Origin: Octopus vulgaris | Taxonomy: Eukaryota | Direction: 5' to 3' | Length of the DNA: 64,000 bases | NCBI GenBank assembly: GCA_951406725.2 | Contig: OX597818.1 | Location: 930,001-994,000, forward strand | In this document: positions 1 to 13,339 of the stretch, one piece after another | Numbering within the stretch: position 1 is the stretch's first letter | Layout: each line of letters starts with the position of its first letter | Translations under genes and position numbers: made by a program | The notes under the pieces: generated by a model | Seen by the model: only the letters and a program-made list of their open reading frames with translations | What the model was told of the DNA's origin: nothing | Databases searched by the model: none

Positions 1-836
1 CATAAGGAACGATAATTTTATCTTCTTTATCACCCTTTTTATGAGGCAGGATCATATTTGACTCTTTCCACAGATAAATTGAAGTATAGAATGAGCATTT
101 TCCACAACTCTTCACCTCCACATCATAACATCTCTGTTGTGATACCATCTTTCTCAGGAGCTTTGTCTGTTTTCATCAGTTTGATGGCATTTTCAATTTC
201 ATTGATCAGAATAGGTGACTCTTCTTTCAACATTTGTGGTGATGTGGGATTGAGCTTCACTGATGATTTAACAAGATTGGTGTAGAAGGTTTTGCTTACC
301 TCCTCCATCTCCCTTTTGTATGTCACCATGAGCTCACCCTTGTTTTAAGTACTGTTACCCCTGACTTACAGAGCATCAGCTCTCTCTTGCATATTTTAAA
401 ACTTTTCTTTTTCTCTGTAGCCTACATCAATTTCTTCAGTCTATAATTTTTGAAGTCATTTCTTAGATGTTGTCTGATCACTTTGCAGAGAACAGAATAC
501 TCAAGGTGATCTTTCATGTTCCTCTTAGCCATTTTCTGTTTCTCTAGCATTTTCTTTGTCTCCTCCAAGATTCTTCTGCCAGGCTTCTGCTGATTTGCAG
601 ATTTTTGCTTTCAATATGCAACTTTTAACTTTCAAGACCAGCAAATTGTAGCCCTCTTTGAGTTCTACAAGTTGACTCCAGATTTCCTTTTTGATAGCTT
701 CCTGTAACGTTTCACACCAAAAGCCTTGACACATTGATTATTGAGATATGCAGAGCCTTTTTCCCTCTGATTTCATTGATCATAACCTTTGCCTGTAGCA
801 AGAGATGATCACTGCTTGTGTAGAATGGCATTACTA
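1..836 (-). mobile_element. Degenerate RTE-clade LINE fragment (end of AP endonuclease to start of RT)
   Basis: The minus strand reads VVMPFYTSSDHLLLQAKV (APE C-terminal SDH motif) near 790-836. ORF 123-329 ends in EIENAIKLMKTDKAPEKDGITTEML (pre-RT 'KAPGxDG' motif), followed by KKGDKED.NYR-like sequence. Stops and frameshifts are present. Confidence 0.8.
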
Positions 837-843
837 CTTATAT

Positions 844-852
844 GAGAGAGAA

Positions 853-906
<54 letters not shown>
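844..906. repeat. (GA)n microsatellite
   Basis: Directly visible. Confidence 0.95.
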
Positions 907-1155
907 GCTGCTGGTTAGGTAAGTGGCATGCATGAAACTCTTGACACTTGAGTCACTTTGTAACTTCTGCTGATTAAAAATATGTTTGTGAATGTATTTG
1001 GTATGTATATGTCAAAACAGGAGAGTGGAAAAAGTTTTTGATATTATTTTCTCACCATTACACATTTTGTTTGCTAATAGAAGTTACAAAACTGTGTGCA
1101 TAGGATAAACATGTAAGAAATTTTCTCTTTGAAATTCTTCAGACAGAATCAAATA

Positions 1156-2430
1156 TTGGGTTGTCCAGAAAGTTTGTGCCGATTTATAGTAGCTTACTTT
1201 TCAACTTATTTTAGAACATGGCTGGGTCCATAAAATAGGATTTGACTACACCTCCATTTAGAGCACAGTTTAAGCTATCTTTTCATAGAAGAAGGTTTAT
1301 GTCCCTATAACCTGTGTTAATTCTGTAACTCTTTAAAATGGAGGATAAGAAAGTTCATTTTCACCACTTGATGCTTTTTTTGTAAATGGAAAAATGCCTC
1401 ACAAGCAACCAAAGAAATATGCACAGCTTAGGATGATGTTTCTTTATCTGAAAGAACTGTACATAAGTGGTTTGCAAGGTTCCGAGCTGGAGATTGTAGC
1501 CTTATTGATAAAGAGTGATCAGGTATACCATCCACTACAGATGACAACCAAATCAAGTCATTAATTGAGAATAACCCACATTACACAACTCGAGAATTGG
1601 CAGAAAGCCTCAACCTATAAAAATCTGTCGTTCATGAGCACCTGGTAAAGCTTGGGTACACAAATTGCTACGATGTTTGGGTACCACATGAGTTGAGTGA
1701 GAAGAACCTTTTGGATCGCATTTCCATCTGTGATTCGCTTTATAGACGAAATGAAAACACGCCTTTTTTTAAAGCAAATTGTGACAGGTGATGAGAAATG
1801 GATTATCTACCAAAATGTTCAGAGAAAGTGATCCTGTAGTAAGCAACATGAGCCACCCTTAGCCACCCCAAAAGAGGGTCTTCACCCTAAAAAAAGTCTT
1901 GCTTTGTGTCTGGTGGGATTGGAAAGGAATTCTGTATTATGAGCTTCTCCTAAGTAACCAGACAATTAATTCTGAGAAATACTGCACACAACTGGATGAG
2001 TAAAACGCAGCAATTCAAGAGAATTGGCCAACACGATGGGTGTTGTTTTCCAACATGATAATGCAAGACCGCATGTTTCTTTGGGAACCAGACAAAAATT
2101 GCTGCAGCTCGGCTGGGATGTGTTACCCCACCCTCCAAATTCACCAGATATTTCTCCTTTGGATTTCCACTTATTCAGGTCTCTGCAGAATAGTCTTAAT
2201 GGTAAAAATTTCCATTCTTTGGATGACATAAAAAGATACATACCCTGATGAATTTTTTGCCATGAAACCACCTCAATTCTGTGAAGAGGGTATTTTCAAG
2301 TTAAAGGGAATATGGAGATGCATTGTGCAACAAAATGATTCATATTTGGTTGATTTAAAATGTAATGCCAAGTATTTATTGACCTTATTCTTTCCTTTAA
2401 AAAACGGCACGAACTTTCCAGACAACCTGA
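1156..2430 (+). mobile_element. Full-length but inactivated mariner (DD34D) transposon
   Basis: About 30-bp imperfect TIRs (ttgggttgtccagaaagtttgtgccgattt / aaaacggcacgaactttccagacaacctga) with TA at the left flank. The transposase starts MEDKKVHF at ~1338 and contains WVPHEL, VTGDEKW, HDNARPH and HPPNSPDISPLDFHLF, with several stops and frameshifts. Confidence 0.95.
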
Positions 2431-2689
2431 TTAATACAGAATTTACATTTAGATGAAGTGTTTATATATTATTAGCAATCAGGAGTTGTACAGATATCTG
2501 GAAGGTAAAATAAAGAGCAAATCTAATAGTACAGAGAAGAGAGAGAGGATTAGGGATTGAAGTAATAAGTGTATATACATATACACACATATATCAATGT
2601 ACATACATACACCTTCATACAGACAAACATGTATGTATGTAATCCCTCTTTCTCTCTCTCTCTCTCTCCCTCTCTCTCTATATATATGT

Positions 2690-3611
2690 AAAAGTTAGCA
2701 GTTATAGTAACCAACTAAGGGATAAAATATCCGTACATACTATCAGTATCCGTTACCTGTATCATCTCCAGGCAATGGTGCGTAGGCACACCAGAGTGGA
2801 AGTAACAACAGCATAAAGCAAATGTTTATCAAGAACCAATACAAATAATTAGAAAATTGAGAAAACCACAGATTAACCAACACATCGATTGGACCACATA
2901 GTTTATTTTTTAATACAAAGCATGACATAACAAAATAGGTGATGTAATATATCTTACAGCCATTACTAATTGGATTACCAAAATGCAGTCTATATATAAA
3001 TGCGAGAATAAAATTCTTCATCATAAGGCATTCGAATTAAAGCAACAGATCTTCATCAGTGTGAAAAACGAGAGCATACAATATAAACAAAAGGAAGAAG
3101 GAAAAGGAAAGAAAACATGGTTTAGATAAATAGTCTAGAAGCCCAATATGTAAAGAGCAAATAATTATTTACCATCAGGGCTACAGACTATTACTTAGAC
3201 TATTTGTCTAAGCCATATTTGCTTTCCTTTTCCTTCTTCCTTTTGTTCATATTGTATGCTTTTGTTTTTCACTCTGGTGAAGATCCGTTGCTTTAATTCG
3301 AATGCTCTAATGAAGATGAAGAATTTTATTCTCACATTTATGTACAGACTGCATTTTGGCAAACCAGTCAGTAACGGCCGTAAGATGTGTTATGTCACCT
3401 ATAAGATCCCAATAATGTTTTCTTTTGACACATTCTACCAGTATACGAAGTTTCAAATTGTTTGGTTAAGTAGGAAAAATCTGACTTTACAGGCCACGAA
3501 AATGAAAAGATCCCTATTTTGTTATGTCATGCTTTGTATTAAAAGATAAGTTATAAATGTGGTCCAAATGATGTGTTGGTTAATCTGTGGTTTTCCTCAT
3601 TTTCTAATTAT
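2690..3611. mobile_element. Fold-back element: ~290-bp inverted arms (2845-3137 / 3196-3611) plus a one-sided tail, bounded by microsatellites; possibly a Penelope-like pLTR remnant
   Basis: The arms are reverse complements (ORFs 2743-3024[-] and 3256-3549[+] share MKNFIL.F.YRLHFG.P.SNG). The right arm has an extra 115 bp (3403-3517). Confidence 0.75.
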
Positions 3612-4317
3612 ATATATATATATATCATGTGGGTGACTACGATTACAATACATTTAAAATGTTGCTAGGAATAGGTTTGTAATGCTAGTTAGCACATGGT
3701 TTCATAAATATATCATATATTTACACACACATACGAGTCTACAGGTGTATGCTATCAACAAGAGTGAATCTACGATGTCTAATATAAAAAGGGATTGCGT
3801 GTTTGTTTGAGTGTGCGAATATGTGCTGTACGTGTGCATGTGTCTGTATGCATTTTGTGTGAATGACTGTGTTCTCTCTGGGTCCAGCAGCATTAATAGA
3901 AAGTGACTGGATAGAAATATCGAAATAATTAAATAATATACACCTAACACGTCCAAACCAGTAATTATTGTTTTTCATGTCTTTTTTCGTCTCCACCCAC
4001 CCATTTCATTCGTTTCGAAGGAAGACGAAAAGCAGGTATTTTAGTAATTTGTAAATATATAACACCAAGGGAATAAAATAGGGAATGGGACGTGTGGTTG
4101 GTTGATGTGTGTGAGCATATACAGGAAGGCACTTGTGTACGATCAGTCAGTGAGTTTGTAAACACACATGTATGTATATATCCAGCTAAGTCTACGAACA
4201 CACGTACACATACATATGCATACAACATATATTTATATGCGCCTGTGTGTGTATATACACCCACCAACACCCATATATCTGTGTGTATTAATAAAATCTA
4301 TCTATCTATACACACAC

Positions 4318-4376
<59 letters not shown>

Positions 4377-4440
4377 TGTATGTATGTATGTATGTATGTA
4401 TGTATGTATGTATGTATGTATGTATGTATGTATGTATGTA

Positions 4441-4471
<31 letters not shown>

Positions 4472-4533
4472 ATGTATGTATGTATGTATGTATGTATGTA
4501 TGTATGTATGTATGTATGTATGTATGCATGTAT
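4318..4533. repeat. Compound (TA)n/(TATG)n/(TG)n microsatellite
   Basis: Directly visible; explains the YVCM/HTYI ORFs. Confidence 0.97.
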
Positions 4534-4859
4534 CGGTCTGTCTGTCCTTGTCTGTGCGTTTGTCAATCAATCTATCTGTCCCTCTCTACCCAATCAACTA
4601 TTCAGTGTAGTAAACTGCTTAAATGTTGTCTTTGTTTTTATTTATCCTCATTGTGGTTTTCTTTCAGTGCTTTACCTCACTCTTTCTTTCCTTCGTCTCG
4701 CTCTCACGGTACCTTAGATGTTGACAAATCTATTGAAATAGAAAAAAGAAATCTCAGTAATAAAACAAGCCGTGCTATGAGTGGCCATTCTGTGTCTATC
4801 CTGTGTGTATTTAGTTGACAACTGGTGAACTTTGAAAGTAAATTGTCCCTAACCTTGCA

Positions 4860-6308
4860 ATGGATGTTGAAGAGGTTGTGGTACCCTCTCAAGAAATCAA
4901 GGCCGATACTGCTGCTCTGACTGAGAAGAACATACCACTGACTTGCAGTATATGCAGCGGAAAGTTTCACTCACCCAGGGCGTTGCCCTGCCTACATACA
5001 TACTGTAAAACCTGTTTGAGCTCTTACATTCAAACATATCTGAGTGAGACAAACAAGGGCTCTTTCCCATGTCCAGACTGCCAGGAAGATACGCAACCAA
5101 TCGACCCAACACGCCCTTATATTGAATGGGCTGATGGTTTCCCGGAAAATTTTTTCCTGACTGATATGAACATAGAAATAATAAACGAGAGCAATATTGC
5201 CAATGACACTAATCGAAAATCGATTGGTTTAAATAAAACAGTTCGAAATCCTCGTTTAAGTTTCAGTGACACAGATATCTTTAAAAGCTCTGTTACGAAG
5301 TCATTTGATGCGAAAACCTTTAAGGAACATACAGTGGTGTTAGAAAAAGAAGAGAAAATTCTACAAACTAGCCAAAAGTTGAACGAAGAAGCCATGGTAT
5401 TGAAAAAAGAGGACGAAAACCTAAAATCTCAGGACGAGTTAACAGATTGTAAAAACGAAGAAAATACTACCAAAATGCCTAAAGAAAGTGAAGTCAAAGA
5501 AGAAAATGGTCTATTGTTGCCGTTGGAAAATAAATTCACAGCTCATCTTCCAGGTGTCGAAGTCCCTTCCATTTTAAACAATGCCCTTATACTTCCGTCG
5601 GGGGAAGTATTAGGGGTCGATGTGAAAAATCGACACGTGAAGAAATTTTCCCTGTCCGGGAAATTAATTGGTTTGCTTCGATTGATGTCCGAACCAGGAG
5701 ATATTACTCTCCTTCCTGAAGGTGAGGCATTGGTTACTTTGCCCCAAAAATCAGAAATTATTACTTTTGATCCTGATAAATCTATGGAGGTAATTGACCA
5801 TATCCCAACACCTCGAAAATATGCGTGTATCGCAGTAGGACAACCCGAAAAGTTAGTCGCTACGCACTGCGTGGAAAACTTCTGGTGCATCGATGTCCTC
5901 TCCTATGCTTGTTTTATTCTTTATACCATTCAACGAAACTGCGTCGGAAAACCAATGGGCCTTACAATATCCCCGAATTTCGATATTATAGTCTCAGATA
6001 CCCTAGAACGGTCTCTGATCTCCTACAAGTGGGACGGTAGCATCAATTTTATGTACAAACCAGACCCTTCCGAAAGTGACGAGTGTTTAGAAGAACCGCG
6101 TGGAGTTTGTTGTGGTCAAGACGGCTCAGTTTTTCTGGCTGACACGAAAAATGACCGAATCATTCATATGAGCAAAACCGGATTCTTTAAAAGGATACTC
6201 TTGGATGGAACTGACGGCATCAGTCGCCCCGTGGGACTTTATTTTAGTGATAAATCCAAACTGTTAGTGACCCAGGAAGATGGTGTTGTAAAAATTTTCG
6301 GCATGTAA
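4860..6308 (+). CDS. Single-exon RING (C3HC4) + C-terminal NHL/beta-propeller protein, TRIM-NHL-related E3 ubiquitin ligase-like, 482 aa, no B-box
   Basis: Uninterrupted ORF with an in-frame upstream stop (4839-4841) and good start context (gcaATGG). RING: CSIC-x11-CLHTYCKTC-x17-CPDC. NHL-like repeats: KPMGLTISPNFDIIVSD, EPRGVCCGQDGSVFLADTKNDRI, RPVGLYFSDKSKLLVTQEDGVVKIF. Confidence 0.92.
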   Translation: MDVEEVVVPSQEIKADTAALTEKNIPLTCSICSGKFHSPRALPCLHTYCKTCLSSYIQTYLSETNKGSFPCPDCQEDTQPIDPTRPYIEWADGFPENFFLTDMNIEIINESNIANDTNRKSIGLNKTVRNPRLSFSDTDIFKSSVTKSFDAKTFKEHTVVLEKEEKILQTSQKLNEEAMVLKKEDENLKSQDELTDCKNEENTTKMPKESEVKEENGLLLPLENKFTAHLPGVEVPSILNNALILPSGEVLGVDVKNRHVKKFSLSGKLIGLLRLMSEPGDITLLPEGEALVTLPQKSEIITFDPDKSMEVIDHIPTPRKYACIAVGQPEKLVATHCVENFWCIDVLSYACFILYTIQRNCVGKPMGLTISPNFDIIVSDTLERSLISYKWDGSINFMYKPDPSESDECLEEPRGVCCGQDGSVFLADTKNDRIIHMSKTGFFKRILLDGTDGISRPVGLYFSDKSKLLVTQEDGVVKIFGM

Positions 6309-6331
6309 AAGGTAATTTGCAATGACCCTGG

Positions 6332-6344
6332 TAATAATAATAAC

Positions 6345-6380
<36 letters not shown>
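6332..6380. repeat. (AAT)n microsatellite just after the stop codon
   Basis: Directly visible. Confidence 0.95.
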
Positions 6381-6937
6381 TTCTTTTATTAGCCACAGGG
6401 TATCACTCAGAAAAAAAACAAACTTGTCATCACAAACATTAATATCAACAGTCATTGTTTCTCTTTATTTTTCTAATTTTGTTATTTTTTTAACTTACTG
6501 GCTATTATTCATTTACTTGCTACAGTTATAAAATATAATTTGATTATGAATGTTTTGTTTTTGAAGGTACCTTTATACTGTTGTTGTTGTTGTTGTTGTT
6601 TAACACCAGATCTAACTGTAACCACCCTGTCTTATCTCCTTCATAGTGTACGTGGGACTACATTATCCAACGTATCCATTTCTCTTTCTCTTTTTAGTTG
6701 ATTTGAGGGAAATTTGGTTGCTGTTTCTAGCTGGTCGCACAATCACGTACTTGTGTAGTCTTGTTATTATTGATATTAGACATGTTTAATAAAACTTACT
6801 TTGAAGGAATAAATTGAAAGGAAAAACGAGAACAAAAAAAAACAAAAAACATTTCCTCAGGTGTGAAGTTGGAATATAAGGAATTTTTAATCCATGATAC
6901 TTCTAAACACTACTATTTTTGCTGATAATATGCATGT

Positions 6938-7296
<359 letters not shown>

Positions 7297-7309
7297 TATA
7301 TATATATAT

Positions 7310-7506
7310 AACGTAAGGTGTACTAGCCATCTGAATGTGGCTAGCCACTGGGGGTGGGGTGTTACTGATGCTTTTAGCCCCAGGCGATCTGGGGCTAAAA
7401 GCATCAATAACACCCCACCCCCAGTGGCTAGCCACATTCAGATGGCTAGTACACCTTACGTTGTCGAGCGGTTACTGTTTATATCTCGTTCAGAGATTTA
7501 TCATTG

Positions 7507-7510
<4 letters not shown>
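7310..7510 (+). mobile_element. Second mini hairpin-plus-tail insertion in (TA)n (74-bp arms 7310-7383 / 7389-7462, one mismatch, 48-bp tail)
   Basis: Arms verified by reverse complement; 5-nt loop gcgat; (TA)n on both sides. Confidence 0.7.
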
Positions 7511-7555
<45 letters not shown>

Positions 7556-9134
7556 CGAGTGATTTCAGAAACTCGGCTGGTTCGCCGTCATCAAACTTCG
7601 AAGTAGCTGTCAACTTTTTACTTGCTAAAATTAATCTGTACTCTCTTAAAAAATATCAATCTTTCAGTTTAATGTTGTTTTTACATATATTACATCACAT
7701 AAAAATGAACATGTATGTATGCATGCATGCATGTCTGTATATATGTATGTTGTTAGAAAAGCATTTAAAAATGTATTTTTCTTATTAGTAGTTTGAAATA
7801 ACTTTTATACTTTTTTATTTCGTAAGATTTAGGACAACCATGTTGGAACCAGTTGTAATAATAATAATAATAATAATAATAATGATGATTTCAAATTTTG
7901 GTATAAAAGCAGTAAGTTTGGGGGATTACTAATAATGGATTTATTGTGATTCAATATTTGCGTGCACTGTATTGCAGTAAACCTTATAATAAGACAAGCA
8001 CCTTTACTTTTGGGTTACATTAAGCACAAATGGTGATTGTTCAATTTAATAAATAGAACAAAAACTTCTCACAAATGTTTGTTATAAATATTATAGTTAG
8101 TCTTTGGAAAAATGTTGTTGTTTAACCCCAGATGAAATACCAAGCCAGCAGAACTTCTATTAGAAAAAAATGTTCCAATTATAATCAACCCATGTTTTTC
8201 TTTTCTGTATTTTTTTTGTCAAAGATTACATTATTTTAGGTATCCTTCCATATTTTAAACTGTTAAGGTGTGGTTTGAGAAATATTTGGCTGCTACTTTT
8301 AGAAGGTGGTGAGACCATTTTTGAGTAAACACATAGGTCTCAGAGGCCAAGTAAAAACTACCTTTGTTAGTTTGGTCCCCTATCTTGATAACTATCCTTT
8401 GATCATTTCGAGCTCAATACTTCCACATCAACTAGTTTTCTTCCATGTTTACTAACCCTAATATCTATATAAAGTTGATAAGTTTAGCTGTGATGTCAGC
8501 TATAAAGATTTGTGGGCATTGCTTCACTAAACCACACTGCTCACTTTACTGCTATCTTAGTCTGCATTCAGCTACACTGCTACTCTAGCTCGTGTCTATT
8601 TTATCGATCACAGTTATCTATTCACAAAGTCCATTGCTTTTTATGTACTGACTTTAAGTTGCGCACAAATTGACTGTCTTTTATCTCTCCAAGGTCTTCT
8701 CTTTCAATCCTTTTCGCATCTGGAATCCCTTGTAGAAATATACTAGACTATGTAATGTGCGTCTTATGTCTTCTAGACTTACAGTGTTTATGTTCTGAGT
8801 TAAAACCCCATTAATGCCAATTTACTTTTCTTCCTCCTGGGGTTGACAGAATATGCATCTCCCAAGTAGTGGGGTGATTAAATTGTTTATACGGCCCCTC
8901 TCTAAATTTCGTTCTAAAACAGCTTCAAAGTTTGAGTAACAAGATATTTTGAAGAGGCCTGAATTAGTAAACATAATAAATATGCTCTATATCAAGAGGT
9001 GAGTTCTTTTTAATTTGTTAGTAAAATTATTTTGTAAATAGAACTACTGTAAATGTATGTGTGTGTGAATCAACAGACATACATATGTATATATGTACGT
9101 GATTATGTGTATATATATAGATGCAAACACACGC

Positions 9135-9184
<50 letters not shown>

Positions 9185-10639
9185 TATATTATATATACAG
9201 ACATGTATAGAATGTATGTATGTATATATACAGACATGCATACATGCATATGTATACATACATACATTTACCTGCACATATGTAGTATATCTTGTGTGTA
9301 CAAATAGCTATATGACTGCTACTGTTGAGTTTAGAACTTCACAAAGATTACCACCATTCTGTCTGCTTCAAGTATAGTGGTTTGGGTACTACTATATTTT
9401 GTAGTATTATTAGTTATGATATACTGAGCAACTGTAGCAAACATTGCAATCAAAATAAATTTATATAATTTGTTCCTACATATGCTTCCTCGTTGTGGTT
9501 GTTTACAACTTTGTATTTGATGTTGCAGTTGCACTTGGGACATCCAATGCAGAATTCCAAACTACCACAGTGATGAGACATATGTAGGAACAAATGACAT
9601 AAACTTATGTTTATCATAATTTCTTCTACATGTTCACATATATACATGTACATGTGTGTATGTGTGTATACATGCATGTGTGTATGTGCATTGAACTGGA
9701 CAAATATTTGTCAATCCATTATTCAGTTTTAAAAAATAACAGTCACAAAAAAAAAAATCTATTCTTTTCAGATGAAAACTCCTCTTTCTCACCCCATTCC
9801 TGCAACATATCCAAACTCACACACTTCACTCAACAAATATTACTGACACACAACACCATCATCACCGTTTCCAGTGTTCTTGCACTTTTATTATAGCCAG
9901 TTTTGTACCACAGAACCAGTGGTAGTCTTCATTAGATTTCTATTAAAAGGTTTAATGAGATGTATCAGAAAGTTTTGATATATTTTAAATATTTTTAGAC
10001 TTTAAATATCTTGTTACTGTATTGTTAGTCGTCACCATTATATTTTAACCGTGTTTTGCTCCAACATTGGTAAGAAGGTTATTCCAACAGCTAGGTCATC
10101 ATGATCCAGTCCTGAAGAAATAAGTTAACATCTAATTAGTTGCTAATGTTTTAATTTCACTTCTTCATCCACTGTTTAATTAATAGTAAAGTGTCATTGA
10201 AGTAATTACATTAATGAAATAGTAGAAGATGTGAGTAAATTTCTATAAATATTGGCCAATCTATGTAGGAGAGATGACTGGTATAGGCATGTGGCAGAAA
10301 ATAGAAGTTGAGACAATTGGGTGAAAAATTGTTGTTTACTTGAGTGTGAAGGTTGTCTATCGTTGAAGTTGGGAAAGGAAAAAAATTGGATTAAATAGTT
10401 AAATCAGACATTGAGACTCTTGAAGTTAAAAGGAATGCTAAGAGAGGGATATTATACCTAATCAAATGTTTAATCATACTAAGTTTTATCATTTTCCATT
10501 CTTGCTCAATTTCAGGAAGGGTTTGTCCTTCCAAAATCAATAAGGTAAATACCAGTAAGACTGGCTTAATTCATACCATATCCTGCCTCTTCTACAAATA
10601 CCATCTCTTTCAGCTACATTGTATTGAAACATGTAGATC

Positions 10640-11115
10640 AAGCCAACCATACTTACTGATAATGATTGAAATGGTGATCATAATTATGTTAATAATTATT
10701 ATGATAATTATAATTGTGATGATACATATAATAGTGATTACTATGATGTTCATTTACGTTCATTGTTAAGATATGATATTGATTATGATCATAATTAAGA
10801 TATGATGTTGATTATTATGATGATGATCTGTAAAAAATTCTGTTGACTGTTGAAACTGATTATATTATCTTATTTAACAGTTTTGTAGAGTTTGGGTTTG
10901 AGGTTTTCTTTCTTCTGTTAAGCAATAATTTGTGTGATTTCACCCCAGTCTTTTCTCTTTTTATTATTATTTTGTTCCTTTTGTAAGATTGTTATCAGTG
11001 CCACAACTTCCACCACCACCACCACCGTTATCATCACCACCACCATCATCATTATCATTACAACCATCATTACAATCATCATCTACACTACCATTATTGT
11101 CATCACCACCACAGA
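10640..11115. repeat. Degenerate (ATT/GAT)n and (CAC/CAT)n trinucleotide low-complexity tracts
   Basis: Directly visible. Confidence 0.75.
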
Positions 11116-13339
11116 TATAAACTCTTTTTTTTCTACTGTTTTTAATTAATGCACCATTAATCAAAATACAATCATTAATTACTCCAATCTTCACCTTGTT
11201 TACTTTCACATTATTCTAATTTTTATTCTTTGACATTTTTATCTTCAAAGTAACTATAATTACAGTATCTTTGTTTAGAGTCACACTTTCTTAGAAAATA
11301 TTGCATGTAACTTTATCTAGAGATGATGCTAACAGCAACAACAAAATAATTCCTTTTTTGGGGACTTCAGAATTAAGAGGAAGAGACTGTCATGTTTATA
11401 TCTTTCAGAAAGTATTTGTATTGTCAATGAAGTTTCAGATGTGACTTGAAACCTGGTTGTGGGTTTCATTCATCAAACAACTCACCATTACCACAATTCT
11501 TTATACATTCATTGATATAGAATGGACTAAGGCTGGTTATTCGATAACAACAACAACAACAACAACAAAATAATAATAATAATCCAAAGATATCTTATCG
11601 TTGGAATTTTTCTAATTGCAAATACTTTTTTACGTACAGATTTAAAAAATTTTCTTTTGGTACATATTTTGGTTTCTTTGCTTTAGTTGCTGCCTTAAAT
11701 CTGTGATTGTGTGTTTGTTTACCAATTAGAATAACATGCTACAATTATCTTTACATTAAACACTTAGACTATGTCTGATGGAATAAAAATACTGTTTTAA
11801 AAGTGCATTGGTTGTGACAAATTTAGGCAAAGGATTTTGGTAGCATTATCAAAGCTTTGTTTAATGATAAGAAAAAAAAATAATTTAAAATACTGGAAAT
11901 GATTTAAAATACTTTTAATGTGATAATGGATTTGGTGTTGATTGGACCAAATTGAAAATTCAGTATTTACTTTATTTGTTGTGTATACAACCAGTTCATA
12001 CTTAGATTAATTTGTGTCTTAGTTTTACACACACACACACATAGCCCTTCATCTCCTTCTACAGAATTAATAATGATAAAATATATCGTCATCATACAAT
12101 ACTAGTTACATTATAGTAGTTGTACTATTGTATTTAGTTCAGTTGATAATTCTAACCTTGGACATGTTCTTGTAGTTTGTTATTCTATGTTGTGTGAAAG
12201 CATATTTGTTGAGTTACACAATATATGTGATTGCATTATGTTGTGTGCATGCATGTAGTGTGTTTGAAATATCTCAGAGTAGCATCAAACCATTTTATAT
12301 AGAGTGAAAGAGGATGGCTAACCAATGGTAATCTAACATAGATATCCTATGTCTCCTGCATTTAGCTTGCTATATAGTTTTCATTCTGTTACTGGTGTGT
12401 CCTAATGTCTCAAGCAGGGTTATTTAACTGACAACGACACAGTTCACCTTGAAGTAAATATGTAGCCTGAAGAGCATTTTGTTTAGCTTGCAATTCTGAA
12501 TTGTAATCTGTCCATTGTCTTGATGAAGTGAACCATAGTGGAGTAGCTAAATATTTCCTTTCTGAAATCACTTCAAGAGGGAGGAGTGTTTAATACTTCA
12601 GTGGTACTTCATCTATTCCAATGTAATATAAACATTGCTGTAAGGCTTGAGGGCCATGTGACTAAGTGTGTGTTTAATGTTACAATGTATATTCTAAGTC
12701 ACAGAGAATTTACATATATATTGCCATGAAGAGCTTGGAATAAAAATAATTTGAGAGCTTTTAATAACATTTTTTTAAAGAGTAAAATAAACTAACCAAT
12801 AATTTTATTAAGAGTGTGTTCTGGCCTTCCAAGATTTCTTTTTATTTTTATATTAGATACAAATGTACTAAACCATTTCATATGTTATATTTGTAAATAA
12901 ATGTACAGATAAAAAGTCTCTGTTTTTGAGTATTTCTTCTATTTTTTAACCTTATTTTCTTTTGCATTGTTTTCTTATTAACACACCTGAAACTTCTAAT
13001 GTTCCAGTCATGGTATTTATAAAAGAAATTTCATATCCTGAAGAATCAAATATAAACTTTTAATAAATTTCATTACAAAAGAAGGCATCAAAGTTATGCT
13101 TGTGTATGTGTAGGTTATATCTAATTATTGCCCATAAAATTTAGTTACATGTCAATATTTTTCTCTGAATTTTCTAGATAATAAACTACCGTGTTCTTTT
13201 TATTTTACATATATATATCAATCTGTTTAAAAATTATTTTCAGGTGCTATATTTAAACGCGCGCATACACACACATGCACGCACACATATGCACATGTGT
13301 GTGTGTAAAAGTTATAGCTTAATTAATTCAGAAGACAGT

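Noticed and set aside
1338-2355. Domesticated SETMAR-like transposase
   Set aside because: Multiple stops and frameshifts, TIRs retained, no SET exon.
3702-4818. Many overlapping ORFs rich in YVCM/HTYI/YIYI (also at 6894-7788 and 9044-9377)
   Set aside because: They are translations of (TA)n/(TATG)n/(CA)n microsatellites.
4860-6308. Assigning a gene symbol (NHLRC1, TRIM2/3, TRIM71)
   Set aside because: Architecture alone cannot establish orthology; no phylogeny is available.
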